A stretch of 63,689 nt of DNA, the filler included, from Stramenopiles sp. TOSAG23-6 (Eukaryota), in NCBI GenBank assembly GCA_900128565.1. It is 10 parts of 10 records of this genome, joined end to end, with 100 filler letters (N's around TTAATTAATTAA, not from the genome) between each part and the next. Parts side by side here need not be neighbours in the genome. Positions count along the whole stretch, not along the records: positions 1 to 6,304 come from LT636726.1; positions 6,405 to 12,703 come from LT636727.1; 8 more parts are not named here. The stretch is one strand, 5' to 3'. The translations under genes were made by a program, and so were the position numbers. This document shows positions 1-12,185 of this stretch, in pieces. Each line of letters begins with the position of its first letter. The first letter of the stretch is position 1. A model generated the notes under the pieces. That model searched no databases, was not told the origin of the DNA, and was given only the letters and a program-made list of their open reading frames with translations.

Positions 1-94
1 TTTTTTTTTTTTTTTTTTTTTTTGTTAGGTACAAAATTTCGTACGAAAAAAAAAACTCGATTTTTTTGTTTGAAAAAAAAAAAAAAAAACATAC

Positions 95-507
95 GTTGAT
101 TTCGTTGATTTCGTTGATTTCGTTTTGTTTGTATTTTTCGTCATATTTTGAATATCAGACAATAAAACGTCTCTTGCTGTTTCAGTAGCATGTCGCATAC
201 TCGTGACATGTGTGATAAATTTCTTTTTGAGATTAAATGTTTCCTCAGCTAAAAAGAACAATGAACGAAATGCCAGTTCTAATTCGCCTTCGTACCAGCT
301 TTGATGGATAAAACGTTGTTGTAGTCGTTTAGTTAAAGAATGAGATAGAATACACAAAGAAGATTGCGAAACAAGTTGTATAACGTTTCTAACAATGCAA
401 AGTATCTCTTTTAATGTGTTTGATTTTTCACCTTTACATATCAAGTCATTAACTTTGTTAATTCGAGAGCACGCTTCATCGTGCCACTCTTTACACATAT
501 TACTCAT
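95..507 (-). CDS. First exon of an uncharacterised protein; a family intron starts at 94 and runs off the contig end
   Basis: ATG at 507 and open frame until donor GTATGTTTT at 94; family box TCGTACGAAATTTTGTACCTAAC at about 24-46 on the minus strand. Confidence 0.55.
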
Positions 508-933
508 TATGTTTGACGTTGTTTTCAGTTGTGTCTGACTATATTGTACAATACATACTATAATAAATTATTCTGTTAATACTAAGTATACTAAGTATGT
601 ATATAACAAATTATTGATACATATATTGTAATTAGATTTGAGATTATAGTCTACGTAGTAAGACTAAGAAAAAAAAGAAGTTTAGTATTATAATTGGGTA
701 ACAAAAAGCAAAACATGATCGACGAGGAGAACGCGAGGAAGTTTCAGGAACTTTTGAAGAAAAAAAAAAAAGAATTTGTTACCCGGCACACCACACGAAA
801 TTTTTGAAATTCGAAAAAAATTTGAAAGTTTGTTTTTGAAATTGATTTTCTCAAGTTTCAACAAAAACACACACAAACAACAACAACAAACAAAGTCTCT
901 CTACATTTTTTAAAATTTAGCATTGATATAGTA

Positions 934-1483
934 ATGAAACTTCGCTTACAGGAGCGCAATGTATTGCGTATTCTATTATCATATTTAGAAGAACGTGGTT
1001 ATATACAGACGATGAGAACATTTGAAAAAGAGACTGGTACTGTAGCAAAACAACGTCGAACTGACATTGACTTTTTTCGTTGTCTGGTTTTGGATGGCTT
1101 TTGGGATGAGGTAGAAGAGTTTATCGCTCCGATGAAGGAAAATCCACAATTCGATTATAGAAACGCTATCTTTCATATTCGACGACAAAGATTTCTTGAA
1201 TTGCTGCATTCTCATTATTTGAATAACGAATCAAACGAAAACATCAACCTACAAGATAAAAATGAATCGAGCTCCTCTTTTGGTGTGAAATCAAATAACG
1301 ACAAACCAGTAAGTCAAATTGTGGATACTTTAGCTACAATTGAGAATTATTCTACACAGGTAAGTGATATACATTCATTAGTCATTAAATACTTGAATAA
1401 CAAAATAAGGTTACTTTTCATTCTGGTATATACACCGCGTACGTAGGCATTGTTGTTCAACAATGTCGAATGTCAAAAGTAAG
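934..1483 (+). CDS. LisH/CTLH-domain protein (WDR47-like N-terminus), partial
   Basis: LisH motif VLRILLSYLEERGYIQTMRTFEKETG followed by CTLH-like FFRCLVLDGFWDEVEEFI...RRQRFLELL; GTAAGT donor near 1360. Confidence 0.7.
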
Positions 1484-1485
1484 AC

Positions 1486-1527
<42 letters not shown>

Positions 1528-1544
1528 TTTTTTTCCTAAAAAAA

Positions 1545-1590
<46 letters not shown>

Positions 1591-2086
1591 TTTTTGTACA
1601 CTTCATAAAGAGTAAAAAAACAAATACTGAACATCTACTTCAATACAAAAGTGAGCTTCTTGATGAATTAAAAGATTTACTATATTCATTTCAATTAGAT
1701 GAGTCAAAAACTTCATATATGTTGTTTCATCACAATAATTTTTGAATTTTTTTTTGATTTTTTTTTCATACGAAATTTTGTACCTAACAATATTTTTTGA
1801 TTTTTTTACCACAATTTTTTTTTCATACGAAATTTTGTACCTAACAAAAAACAAATTGTATATTCATAAAACAATTTATCGGTGTTTAAAGAGAATATAA
1901 ATAACACATCAACTGATTGTACAATTACATTGTCTGTAGCTCATTCAACTACAACAAAAAATATTGAAACAAAAAATATTGAAACAAAAAAAATTCAGAA
2001 AAAAAAAATTCAGAAAAAAAATATTGAAACAAAAAAAATTCAGAAAAAAAATGAAACAAAAAAAATTCAGAAAAAAAAATGAAAAA

Positions 2087-2428
2087 ATGAAAAACAAAAA
2101 ATTGAAACGATCTTTTTCAATGTCTAATATTCCTAAAACAAATCCAACAATTTCTACAATTTCTACAAATCCAACCATTGTGGTGACACAATTTCAAAAC
2201 ACGAAATATCCAACAATTGTTGAACAATTTCAAAACACGAAAAAACGGAAAAAAAATGTTTTACCTGTTGACAAAAAATGTAAAGAAAAAAATAATTCTA
2301 CAAATCTAGAACAAGGTATTCAAAATCTTTTTGAAGAAGGCTATAAAATTTATTGGCTCTGTTGTACGTTTTTGTTCTTGTATGAAAATTTTGTACCTAA
2401 CAAAAATAACAAAAATAACAAATTTTTA

Positions 2429-2503
<75 letters not shown>

Positions 2504-4061
2504 CGTACTATATTTTGTACCTAATGAATTTTTTAGTTTTTGTTGAATTTCACAATTTATTTTGGCCACTTGGCATAAAAAAGGAAAAAGCAAAAGGTAA
2601 ACTTATGATAATAGCTTCAGCTATTCTTGGTTTTACAATGGCACAAGCGTATTGTTGCTTTAAAGGTTGGTATATATGTATGTTTTATTTTTTTTTAATT
2701 TTAAATTTGAAATTGAATTTTTTTTTTCATACGAAATTTTGTACCTAACAATTTTTTTTTTTTTTTAATTGTATTTTTTTTTTTGGTTTTCATACGAAAT
2801 TTTGTACCTAACAATTTTTTTTTGAATTTTTTTTGAAATATTATTCTACAATACATACCCGATGAATCATAAAAAAGCATTTCAATTATTTCTGAGTATG
2901 TACGTTTTCAAATATATTTTCTGTATTCTTATCAAAAAAAAATATTTTCATACGAAATTTTGTACCTAACCAAAAAACAAAAAAAAATCAAAAAAAAATC
3001 AAAAAAAAACAAAAATGTATTCTTATCAAAAAAAATTTTTTTTCAAAAAATTTTTGTACCTAACCAAAAAAAATCAAAAAAAATCAAAATTTATATTTTG
3101 TACTACACAGTAAACACTATCGATATGCTCAGTGTTCCCTAGGCACGATGTATCTTTTATTTTTTTTTTTTTTCGGTAAAAAAAAAATCGAAGTTTTTTT
3201 TTCGGTAAAAAAAAATCGAAGTTTTTTTTTTCGTACGAAATTTTGTACCTAACAAATTTTACAAAAAAAAAATATTTTTCACAATACATGTACTTGGCAG
3301 GGCATGGCGTCGCTGAGAATGACACGGAAGCACTTAAATGGTATACTAAAGCAGCAAAATCAGGTCATTCCGAAGCTCAATATTTGCTAGGGGATTGTTA
3401 TTTTCATGTACGTTTTTGTATATAATTTTCATACCTAACAAAAAATTATTATTTTTTTTTTTTTTTTAACAAAATTTTTTTTATATATAATTTTCATACC
3501 AAATTAAAATCATAATTTTTTTTTTTTAACGAAATTTTTTTTATGTATCATTTTCATACGTATAACAAAAATAACAAAAATAACAAAAAATTAATTTTTC
3601 TTTTTTTACAAAAATATTACATATTGTTTTGTATTCAATGTTTATACCAAATTAAAATCATAATTTTGTAACAGTATTACTAACAAAATTGTCAATTTTT
3701 TGAAACATATTTTGTTACTAAACAGGGTATAGGTGGTTCTAAAAATTATAAAGAAGCAATAAAATGGTTAAGTATAGCTGCAGCTCAAGGCCATGTAGAA
3801 GCTCAGTATACATTAGGACAATGTTCGTTTTTCGTGTAAAAAAATATTTTTTCTTTTTTTTTTTTTTTGAAAAAAATTTCATACCTAACAAAAAAAATGA
3901 AATGTTTTGAAATACTTTTTAATGATATATGTTATTATAAAGGATCTGGGGTTGTTACTGATGATAATGAAGCCTTCAAATGGTATACTAGAGCGGCAAA
4001 TGGAGGTCATTGTACTGCACAAACTATTATAAAANGATTNGAAAAAANCACTATNACATGA
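2087..4061 (+). CDS. SEL1-like repeat protein, 7 exons; start uncertain
   Basis: SEL1 repeats (YLAGHGVAENDTEALKWYTKAAKSGHSEAQYLLG; GIGGSKNYKEAIKWLSIAAAQGHVEAQYTLG; YYKGSGVVTDDNEAFKWYTRAANGGH) join in frame after removing introns 2364-2560 (ends AT), 2678-2856 (AT), 2900-3110 (AG), 3150-3289 (AT), 3408-3725 (AG), 3823-3930 (AT). Confidence 0.8.
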
Positions 4062-4297
4062 GTCACATGAGTGAATATTTGAAACCCTAACCCAATACAA
4101 ATTATGATTAAAAAAAATAAAATTTTAAAAAAATTGAAAATTAATTTTGATCAAGAAAATTTTATTTTTTTGTGCAAATGCTGTTCAAATGCTGTTCAAA
4201 TGTGTGATACTGTAACCTTGATATACATTAAAATAAGAAACACACAAAAAATCGAAATCTTCGTGCTTTATTGATCAGAGTATCTCTGCTTCAAAGA

Positions 4298-6295
4298 TCA
4301 TCGTCTTGTTTTGCTTGTTTTGCTTTTTTTGCTTTTTTTGCTTGTTTTGCTTGTGGCGCCTGCTGGTTGGAGTTGTTTTTTTGTTGTGGTTCCGGTTGTG
4401 GTTCCGGGTTTTATCCTGTTGAAAAAACTGGCGACACCCTTCTTAAAACTGGCGGCACCATTCTTCAATGATGAGATAACCCCTTTGTTGTCATCGGCTG
4501 GTTTTTCTCCCTCTGCTGTCTGGTTTGGTGATGTTTTTGCTGGTTTTGCTGCTGCTGCTTTGATCTCTTTATCACGTTGTAATTTTCTTGAAGCAAATTT
4601 AAGTGCGTCGCCATTTTGTTTCACTGCTTCTAAAACAACATCTTTATCATTTTTGAATAGAATAGCATATTCAAGTGCTAAACCATTTTGTCGTACTGCT
4701 GTTAAAACAACATCTCGAACATTCAAAAATTGACCTCCAAATTTGAGACGCATTCCATCGTTTTCTACAACTTTCAAGAAAACATCGTGGTACTTGAAAT
4801 TAGCTTTCTCACCCATTCTTCTTAAATATTCTTGAGTAAACTCTTCGCCCTTTTTAAGTACAGCAACTATCTGAAAATCACGAAAATTGAGAATTTCCGG
4901 ACCATATTCCTTTACTACATCTTTAATTGTCTTTCCCTCTTTTTCCAATGCAGCAATTGCGTCTGCCCTTTTCTTGATTTCCTCAGGATTTAATCGTGGT
5001 TCATCTTTAGGAGGTGTTCCTTCGCCCTCTCCAGGCCAATTTTGCGGTCCATGTTTTTGTATTAAATAAATCAAAGATGGTTCACCCATACGACTTTTCC
5101 CCATGGCATCGTATTGTGCCACACTTGAACAGTCAGTATAAGCTGGAGGATCCGGTAATTGTAAATCTCCGGGTAGTAGATCTTCGGCGTTGCTTGGGCT
5201 TGAATTAGTTATACTTAGGGCGAATTGCACCAGAGGATCTTCCAAGTTAAAACTTAAAAAAGTTCCAAAATTTCTTTCGTAATATCCTTTTGAGTTAGAC
5301 GAGGTAGAACCATTTGAATTTTCAACAGTTGTTGGAAACCAACGAACACGAATCGATTCACAGTACTGGAGTATACCAAAAAACTTCTTATCGTCTTCTT
5401 CCGAGAGTTTTTTTTCTTTTGTACCCATTATAGTATTCACGAATCCAACTTTAACCATATCACGAAAAGCCAGCAAGTCTGCTTGAAAAGTTTGTTCATT
5501 AACAACATCAACTTTCACAGCGTTACGAAAATCTCCAATAAGAGGTTTACCATCTTGTATATATATACTTGTTCTCTCAAGACCATTATGTACATAACCT
5601 GCTTTATGCATACATTCGATGGACTTTGCAATACTCTTAAAATGTTCCCAGTATTGTTTGGCATAATCAATAGGTGTATTCTCTCCTTCTATCCACGAAT
5701 CATATTTTCCCCAATCATCAATAATACTACCCAGTGATCCTTCAGTATAATATGGCATGACAATGATTGGTATACCATAGTTGTCTTCCAAATGTTCCTT
5801 ACCTTCCTCATGTTGGACTTCAACAATTGGAACAAAATTCTCACACTTGGCGTTCTGAACAGCTTTCATTGCATCGATTTCTGCTTGAACTTTTGATTTT
5901 AATTCATCAATAGTACCGTCCCCACTTTTGAAAGTAGCAATCTTTAATGCAACCTTTTCCTCTGCATTCTTAATATCATACGCTTCCCAAACAGTTGCAA
6001 ATTCACCTTTTGCAATCTTTCCTTCAATTTTGTAGTTTCCAAACGTACTTCCGGCTCCGATTTTCATAAGGTTATCTACAACTGCCTGTTTCGCTGTGTC
6101 CACTCCTGTCGTCATAGCATTGGAAACAACTTTTTCTCCCTTACGAGCTAGAACTCTTACTACGCTTGCCATTCCTTTCCGGGCCAAATTAGTAACATGT
6201 TTTTTTCCGTCTTCCAAATGGCCTTTGAATTCACTTTTTATTCTCTCCCCAACTTTCTTTGATTTCGACATTTTTTCTTGAAAACTTTGCTTCAA
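4298..6295 (-). CDS. Protein-kinase-like (probable pseudokinase) fused to DUF4116-type repeats; 5' end may be cut by the contig edge
   Basis: IAKGEFATVW...VALK kinase N-lobe; catalytic loop reads HNGL (no Asp) and DFR replaces DFG; C-terminal repeats DVVLTAVRQNGLALEYA and DKDVVLEAVKQNGDALKFAS. Confidence 0.7.
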   Translation of the reverse strand: MKQSFQEKMSKSKKVGERIKSEFKGHLEDGKKHVTNLARKGMASVVRVLARKGEKVVSNAMTTGVDTAKQAVVDNLMKIGAGSTFGNYKIEGKIAKGEFATVWEAYDIKNAEEKVALKIATFKSGDGTIDELKSKVQAEIDAMKAVQNAKCENFVPIVEVQHEEGKEHLEDNYGIPIIVMPYYTEGSLGSIIDDWGKYDSWIEGENTPIDYAKQYWEHFKSIAKSIECMHKAGYVHNGLERTSIYIQDGKPLIGDFRNAVKVDVVNEQTFQADLLAFRDMVKVGFVNTIMGTKEKKLSEEDDKKFFGILQYCESIRVRWFPTTVENSNGSTSSNSKGYYERNFGTFLSFNLEDPLVQFALSITNSSPSNAEDLLPGDLQLPDPPAYTDCSSVAQYDAMGKSRMGEPSLIYLIQKHGPQNWPGEGEGTPPKDEPRLNPEEIKKRADAIAALEKEGKTIKDVVKEYGPEILNFRDFQIVAVLKKGEEFTQEYLRRMGEKANFKYHDVFLKVVENDGMRLKFGGQFLNVRDVVLTAVRQNGLALEYAILFKNDKDVVLEAVKQNGDALKFASRKLQRDKEIKAAAAKPAKTSPNQTAEGEKPADDNKGVISSLKNGAASFKKGVASFFNRIKPGTTTGTTTKKQLQPAGATSKTSKKSKKSKTSKTRR

Positions 6296-6304
6296 TTTTT
6301 CCTG

Positions 6305-6404
6305 NNNNNNNNNNNNNNNNNNNNNNNNNNNNNNNNNNNNNNNNNNNNTTAATTAATTAANNNNNNNNNNNNNNNNNNNNNNNNNNNNNNNNNNNNNNNN
6401 NNNN
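6305..6404. other. Artificial contig spacer; identical spacers at 12704-12803, 19097-19196, 25482-25581, 31858-31957, 38233-38332, 44602-44701, 50970-51069, 57331-57430
   Basis: 100-nt N run with a central TTAATTAATTAA (stop in all six frames), recurring about every 6.3-6.4 kb. Confidence 0.97.
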
Positions 6405-6869
6405 CGTCCACGACTTTGCGCAAGATCTACAAGTTGTGGAAACGACCGTTCACGGCGTAGTCTAGACCTACAGCTATTGTATTGGCTAGTTTGCACACGG
6501 TTACGTAATCCGCCACGTTCATTGTAGCTTGAAGTATTCGAAGAAGCCGTCATAAGATAATTTTTGCTGAGGATTTCTTCTTATCGATGGAGAGACTACG
6601 TATATTGAGGTACGCGTGTGTGTCTCTCTCACTGTCATGTCATTATTAAATTTTCTAAAGTAGTACGTTACCCGGAGAAAAAAATAACACGAAAACTGAA
6701 CAATATTTTTCTGCATGACATTTGTGGTATTGTTAGGTACGAAATTTCGTATNNNNNNNNNNNNNNAAAACTGATTCTTCTTTGGTGTACAGTTTTTTTA
6801 GGGTTTACCTAGCTCTAGTAGAGTCTACTGTTTACATAAGCTAGAGAGAAGAAACAAAGAAAGAAAGAA

Positions 6870-8311
6870 GTGGCATTTAAGAAAACACAAAAAGAAATAA
6901 ATTTCATGTTTTCAACTAAATCTACTATGCATGCTTCGGAGCTGAATGATTTTACGAAAGCTGAGACGGTAAGTGATACTTCTAATCTTTTCACTTCGCC
7001 TATAAGAGTNNNNNNNNNNNNNNNNNNNNNNNNNNNNNNNNNNNNNNNNNNNNNNNNNNNNNNNNNNNNNNNNNNNNNNNNNNNNNNNNNNNNNNNNNNN
7101 NNNNNNNNNNNNNNNNNNNNNNNNNNNNNNNNNAAGTAGACAAGATTAATAATTCCCAGTTCTCTAAAAAAAACCATATCCGATCATTAGAAGATATAAA
7201 AGAGATCTATTCCAATTTAATAGGTCGTATACCTAGGCGATTTGCAAAAGACGTTGAATGGCTTCGAAAAAAAGTGCTAGAAGTTGAAGAAGGCAAAGAT
7301 GAGTTAAATGAAACTATGTCTACGAAAGACTCTGTTTCCCACCCAACCCTTGAAGAAATAAGGGAGCGATATACCAATGAGATAGGCAAAATACCTAGAC
7401 GATTTGCGCGTAATATGGAGTGGCTTCAAAAGAAATTATCCCAAGCTGAAGCGAGTTCTTCAAAAGTCCCTTCAGTTCAAACTGAACCCGTGAGTGTCTT
7501 TCTTGCCGTAAATAAGGATATAGTAAAACTCTCGAACATGTCAATAGCTGAGCTGCAAAATGAATACAAACGAACAATTGGTATCGTGCCTGTACAGTAT
7601 TTGAACAATAGTAAATGGTTAGAAAGGAAACTTGCTGAAACTATTGCAGGGCCTAGTTATACTCCAATAAGAAAAAATGCGTTGCCTGAGACTAAAAAAG
7701 CTCAGATTTCGTCAACTGCAGCGGACACGACAACACTAGAACAAATAAAGGAGAGATACATGAATGAAATTGGGCGAATACCAAGACGTTTTGCCAAGGA
7801 CATTGTGTGGCTTCAAAAGAAGTTATCAGAAAAGAAAATGAACCCTTCGTCGTCTGCTGTAAGAGAACAAGTTGAAGCATCTGAGAAAGATTTTATGCTA
7901 TTAGATGATACTAGATTTATCAAAAAAAATGCATCTGAATCTTCACCCTCGGAATATACTGAACATTATAAACGAGAAATATCCAATAATATGGTATTTG
8001 AAGACAATGATGCGACAAAGAATGGTCTAGAAGACACTGTTAGTGATACACACGTAATGAAGAGGAAGTTAGTCAGTTCAGTTGAGTCTTTAGAGAAGAG
8101 ACAAAAAATCGAAGCAACAATTCCATTCATTAAGCAAGTTGAGGAAGCATTGAAAGCTACCAATGAATTACAACATTTGAAAAAGTCTTTATATGCATAT
8201 GACCGTGGTGAAATGAGTGTTACATCTATGATGACACATTTCAAAGAATTGATTTCTGACGAGCCTAATTTAATTAAATCTTTCGATGAGTTTGTAAATT
8301 ATCAAGTGTAA
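6870..8311 (+). CDS. Protein with four ~30-aa helical repeats and a C-terminal PAH-like domain (mirror copy at 10854-12185, minus)
   Basis: Repeat LEEIxERYxNEIGxIPRRFAxxxEWLQKKL in 4 copies; C-terminus FIKQVEEAL...SLYAYDRGEMSVTSMMTHFKELISDEPNLIKSFDEFV resembles a Sin3 paired amphipathic helix. Confidence 0.6.
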
Positions 8312-8580
8312 TGTGATGAATATGTGTCTTGCATAAAAACTTGATTTGAAAAGAGATATACAAGTTTTGTTGAAGTATTTTTGATGTTAAAGATTAATAA
8401 AACACGCCTTTATATTTTTCATAGTATATACCAGTCTACGACTCTACTTACCCATTTTTTTCTTCCGACAAACTTCGTTATACATTAGCCCACAAAATTT
8501 ATGTATAATTTGTATAATATGCAAATGATAAAAAAAATGAAAATTTTAATTCCAAAGTGAAACATTCTTTGCATTAATAA

Positions 8581-8895
8581 CTAAAACATACCAAATTCTT
8601 GTAAAGCAAGAACCATGTCAAGTAAAAACACATCAGGGCTACCTTCTTCTATAACTTTTTTAACCTTTTCAAAAAATTCATCTAGTGTTAATCCAGATTC
8701 CGCCTTGACATATTCCTCGACCTCTGTCTCAAACTCTGTACAAAACTGATTGTAAACTTCTGTGTATTGAAGCTTATACTCAAAATATTGGTCAGAAGGA
8801 GGCTTCATATCACGGAATACTTCAATATGTTTGGAAGCAAATTCTTCAAACATAGAAGGAAACTTTGTCATTAAATGTTGCGTGAGTTTATCCAT
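8581..8895 (-). CDS. BART/ARL2-binding-domain protein (CFAP36/ARL2BP-like)
   Basis: EYKLQYTEVYNQFCTEFETEVEEYV...GLTLDEF...LALQEFGMF matches the BART family pattern. Confidence 0.7.
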   Translation of the reverse strand: MDKLTQHLMTKFPSMFEEFASKHIEVFRDMKPPSDQYFEYKLQYTEVYNQFCTEFETEVEEYVKAESGLTLDEFFEKVKKVIEEGSPDVFLLDMVLALQEFGMF

Positions 8896-9437
8896 CGTTT
8901 AATTTTCTTTTGGTGTCCCTAAGAACTCCTCTTTCTTTTAATTCGATCTGACTGGAATAATATAATATTGAACAAATTATAAAAAGAAAGGGGTAAAATT
9001 TTATCTCCTCGTCTTCTGCTCTTTGTGTAGTATTATTACTATTGAAAAAGTCAGAAGAAGAAGAAGAGGGTCAATTTATTATTCAAATTCAATAAAATTC
9101 TCAAATCCCGCGTTACCGGGTACGTTATTACTAATAGTAACTGACGACACAGGTATGCAAAAACCTTGCCTACTACTACTCACAAATCAAGCTTGCGCTT
9201 TTCTTTCTAAGAATGTCACTGATAAAATCTGGCACTCTCCCTCATTAGCGAGCAAAGGCTTTGGCAATGAAAGCAACCCAACAAACATTTCTACAACAGT
9301 GCTTGCATCTGACATATTACTTTCACCCCAAGTTGAATCATGCACATCAAGATTAGGAACTTTTTGGGGGTCTCTAAATACCAGGAAATACAAAGACAAA
9401 AACTGAAGTATTAGTTGAAAAGTAAGAAGGGGGCCTA

Positions 9438-9978
9438 TTGACGTTACTTCGCTCCTTCCCGGAAGATCACGATACGCTTAAATTACTACTAAATCAACAT
9501 ATTCCAGATACCTTAAGAAAGGAAATATGGGCGAAGAATTTAAATAATCCAAAGGCACGTCGACTTTTTGATGAACAAGTCTCTGTAAGTTTGTTGAAAA
9601 CAATTTCGAAACAAGATGTCGAAATAACACGAAATTGTGAAAGACTAGTGGATCAGCATTTTCCATATATAGCTGATGATGTCCACAGCGTGACAATGAT
9701 GAAGACTGTNNNNNNNNNNNNNNNNNNNNNNNNNNNNNNNNNNNNNNNNNNNNNNNNNNNNNNNNNNNNNNNNNNNNNNNNNNNNNTTTAGAGACCCCCA
9801 AAAAGTTCCTAATCTTGATGTGCATGATTCAACTTGGGGTGAAAGTAATATGTCAGATGCAAGCACTGTTGTAGAAATGTTTGTTGGGTTGCTTTCATTG
9901 CCAAAGCCTTTGCTCGCTAATGAGGGAGAGTGCCAGATTTTATCAGTGACATTCTTAGAAAGAAAAGCGCAAGCTTGA
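9438..9978 (+). CDS. Fragment of a possible TBC/RabGAP-like protein spanning an N gap at the palindrome centre
   Basis: LLLNQHIPDTLRKEIWAKNL...KQDVEITR resembles the TBC N-terminal signature; interrupted by Ns. Confidence 0.35.
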
Positions 9979-10269
9979 TTTGTGAGTAGTAGTAGGCAAG
10001 GTTTTTGCATACCTGTGTCGTCAGTTACTATTAGTAATAACGTACCCGGTAACGCGGGATTTGAGAATTTTATTGAATTTGAATAATAAATTGACCCTCT
10101 TCTTCTTCTTCTGACTTTTTCAATAGTAATAATACTACACAAAGAGCAGAAGACGAGGAGATAAAATTTTACCCCTTTCTTTTTATAATTTGTTCAATAT
10201 TATATTATTCCAGTCAGATCGAATTAAAAGAAAGAGGAGTTCTTAGGGACACCAAAAGAAAATTAAACG

Positions 10270-10584
10270 ATGGATAAACTCACGCAACATTTAATGACAA
10301 AGTTTCCTTCTATGTTTGAAGAATTTGCTTCCAAACATATTGAAGTATTCCGTGATATGAAGCCTCCTTCTGACCAATATTTTGAGTATAAGCTTCAATA
10401 CACAGAAGTTTACAATCAGTTTTGTACAGAGTTTGAGACAGAGGTCGAGGAATATGTCAAGGCGGAATCTGGATTAACACTAGATGAATTTTTTGAAAAG
10501 GTTAAAAAAGTTATAGAAGAAGGTAGCCCTGATGTGTTTTTACTTGACATGGTTCTTGCTTTACAAGAATTTGGTATGTTTTAG
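10270..10584 (+). CDS. Mirror copy of the BART-domain gene
   Basis: Protein identical to 8581-8895. Confidence 0.65.
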   Translation: MDKLTQHLMTKFPSMFEEFASKHIEVFRDMKPPSDQYFEYKLQYTEVYNQFCTEFETEVEEYVKAESGLTLDEFFEKVKKVIEEGSPDVFLLDMVLALQEFGMF

Positions 10585-10853
10585 TTATTAATGCAAAGAA
10601 TGTTTCACTTTGGAATTAAAATTTTCATTTTTTTTATCATTTGCATATTATACAAATTATACATAAATTTTGTGGGCTAATGTATAACGAAGTTTGTCGG
10701 AAGAAAAAAATGGGTAAGTAGAGTCGTAGACTGGTATATACTATGAAAAATATAAAGGCGTGTTTTATTAATCTTTAACATCAAAAATACTTCAACAAAA
10801 CTTGTATATCTCTTTTCAAATCAAGTTTTTATGCAAGACACATATTCATCACA

Positions 10854-12185
10854 TTACACTTGATAATTTACAAACTCATCGAAAGATTTAATTAAATTAG
10901 GCTCGTCAGAAATCAATTCTTTGAAATGTGTCATCATAGATGTAACACTCATTTCACCACGGTCATATGCATATAAAGACTTTTTCAAATGTTGTAATTC
11001 ATTGGTAGCTTTCAATGCTTCCTCAACTTGCTTAATGAATGGAATTGTTGCTTCGATTTTTTGTCTCTTCTCTAAAGACTCAACTGAACTGACTAACTTC
11101 CTCTTCATTACGTGTGTATCACTAACAGTGTCTTCTAGACCATTCTTTGTCGCATCATTGTCTTCAAATACCATATTATTGGATATTTCTCGTTTATAAT
11201 GTTCAGTATATTCCGAGGGTGAAGATTCAGATGCATTTTTTTTGATAAATCTAGTATCATCTAATAGCATAAAATCTTTCTCAGATGCTTCAACTTGTTC
11301 TCTTACAGCAGACGACGAAGGGTTCATTTTCTTTTCTGATAACTTCTTTTGAAGCCACACAATGTCCTTGGCAAAACGTCTTGGTATTCGCCCAATTTCA
11401 TTCATGTATCTCTCCTTTATTTGTTCTAGTGTTGTCGTGTCCGCTGCAGTTGACGAAATCTGAGCTTTTTTAGTCTCAGGCAACGCATTTTTTCTTATTG
11501 GAGTATAACTAGGCCCTGCAATAGTTTCAGCAAGTTTCCTTTCTAACCATTTACTATTGTTCAAATACTGTACAGGCACGATACCAATTGTTCGTTTGTA
11601 TTCATTTTGCAGCTCAGCTATTGACATGTTCGAGAGTTTTACTATATCCTTATTTACGGCAAGAAAGACACTCACGGGTTCAGTTTGAACTGAAGGGACT
11701 TTTGAAGAACTCGCTTCAGCTTGGGATAATTTCTTTTGAAGCCACTCCATATTACGCGCAAATCGTCTAGGTATTTTGCCTATCTCATTGGTATATCGCT
11801 CCCTTATTTCTTCAAGGGTTGGGTGGGAAACAGAGTCTTTCGTAGACATAGTTTCATTTAACTCATCTTTGCCTTCTTCAACTTCTAGCACTTTTTTTCG
11901 AAGCCATTCAACGTCTTTTGCAAATCGCCTAGGTATACGACCTATTAAATTGGAATAGATCTCTTTTATATCTTCTAATGATCGGATATGGTTTTTTTTA
12001 GAGAACTGGGAATTATTAATCTTGTCTACTTNNNNNNNNNNNNNNACTCTTATAGGCGAAGTGAAAAGATTAGAAGTATCACTTACCGTCTCAGCTTTCG
12101 TAAAATCATTCAGCTCCGAAGCATGCATAGTAGATTTAGTTGAAAACATGAAATTTATTTCTTTTTGTGTTTTCTTAAATGCCAC
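10854..12185 (-). CDS. Mirror copy of the repeat/PAH-like protein
   Basis: Identical to 6870-8311. Confidence 0.6.
   Translation of the reverse strand: MAFKKTQKEINFMFSTKSTMHASELNDFTKAETVSDTSNLFTSPIRXXXXXXVDKINNSQFSKKNHIRSLEDIKEIYSNLIGRIPRRFAKDVEWLRKKVLEVEEGKDELNETMSTKDSVSHPTLEEIRERYTNEIGKIPRRFARNMEWLQKKLSQAEASSSKVPSVQTEPVSVFLAVNKDIVKLSNMSIAELQNEYKRTIGIVPVQYLNNSKWLERKLAETIAGPSYTPIRKNALPETKKAQISSTAADTTTLEQIKERYMNEIGRIPRRFAKDIVWLQKKLSEKKMNPSSSAVREQVEASEKDFMLLDDTRFIKKNASESSPSEYTEHYKREISNNMVFEDNDATKNGLEDTVSDTHVMKRKLVSSVESLEKRQKIEATIPFIKQVEEALKATNELQHLKKSLYAYDRGEMSVTSMMTHFKELISDEPNLIKSFDEFVNYQV

Noticed and set aside
1470-2524. Poly-K and poly-F ORFs and the recurrent peptides FFRTKFCT, SYEILYLT, VRNFVPN
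   Set aside because: These are translations of homopolymer runs and of the intron box in three frames, not proteins.
6349-6360. TTAATTAATTAA motif recurring about every 6.4 kb
   Set aside because: It is an artificial six-frame stop linker embedded in Ns. Gene adjacency across the spacers has no biological meaning.
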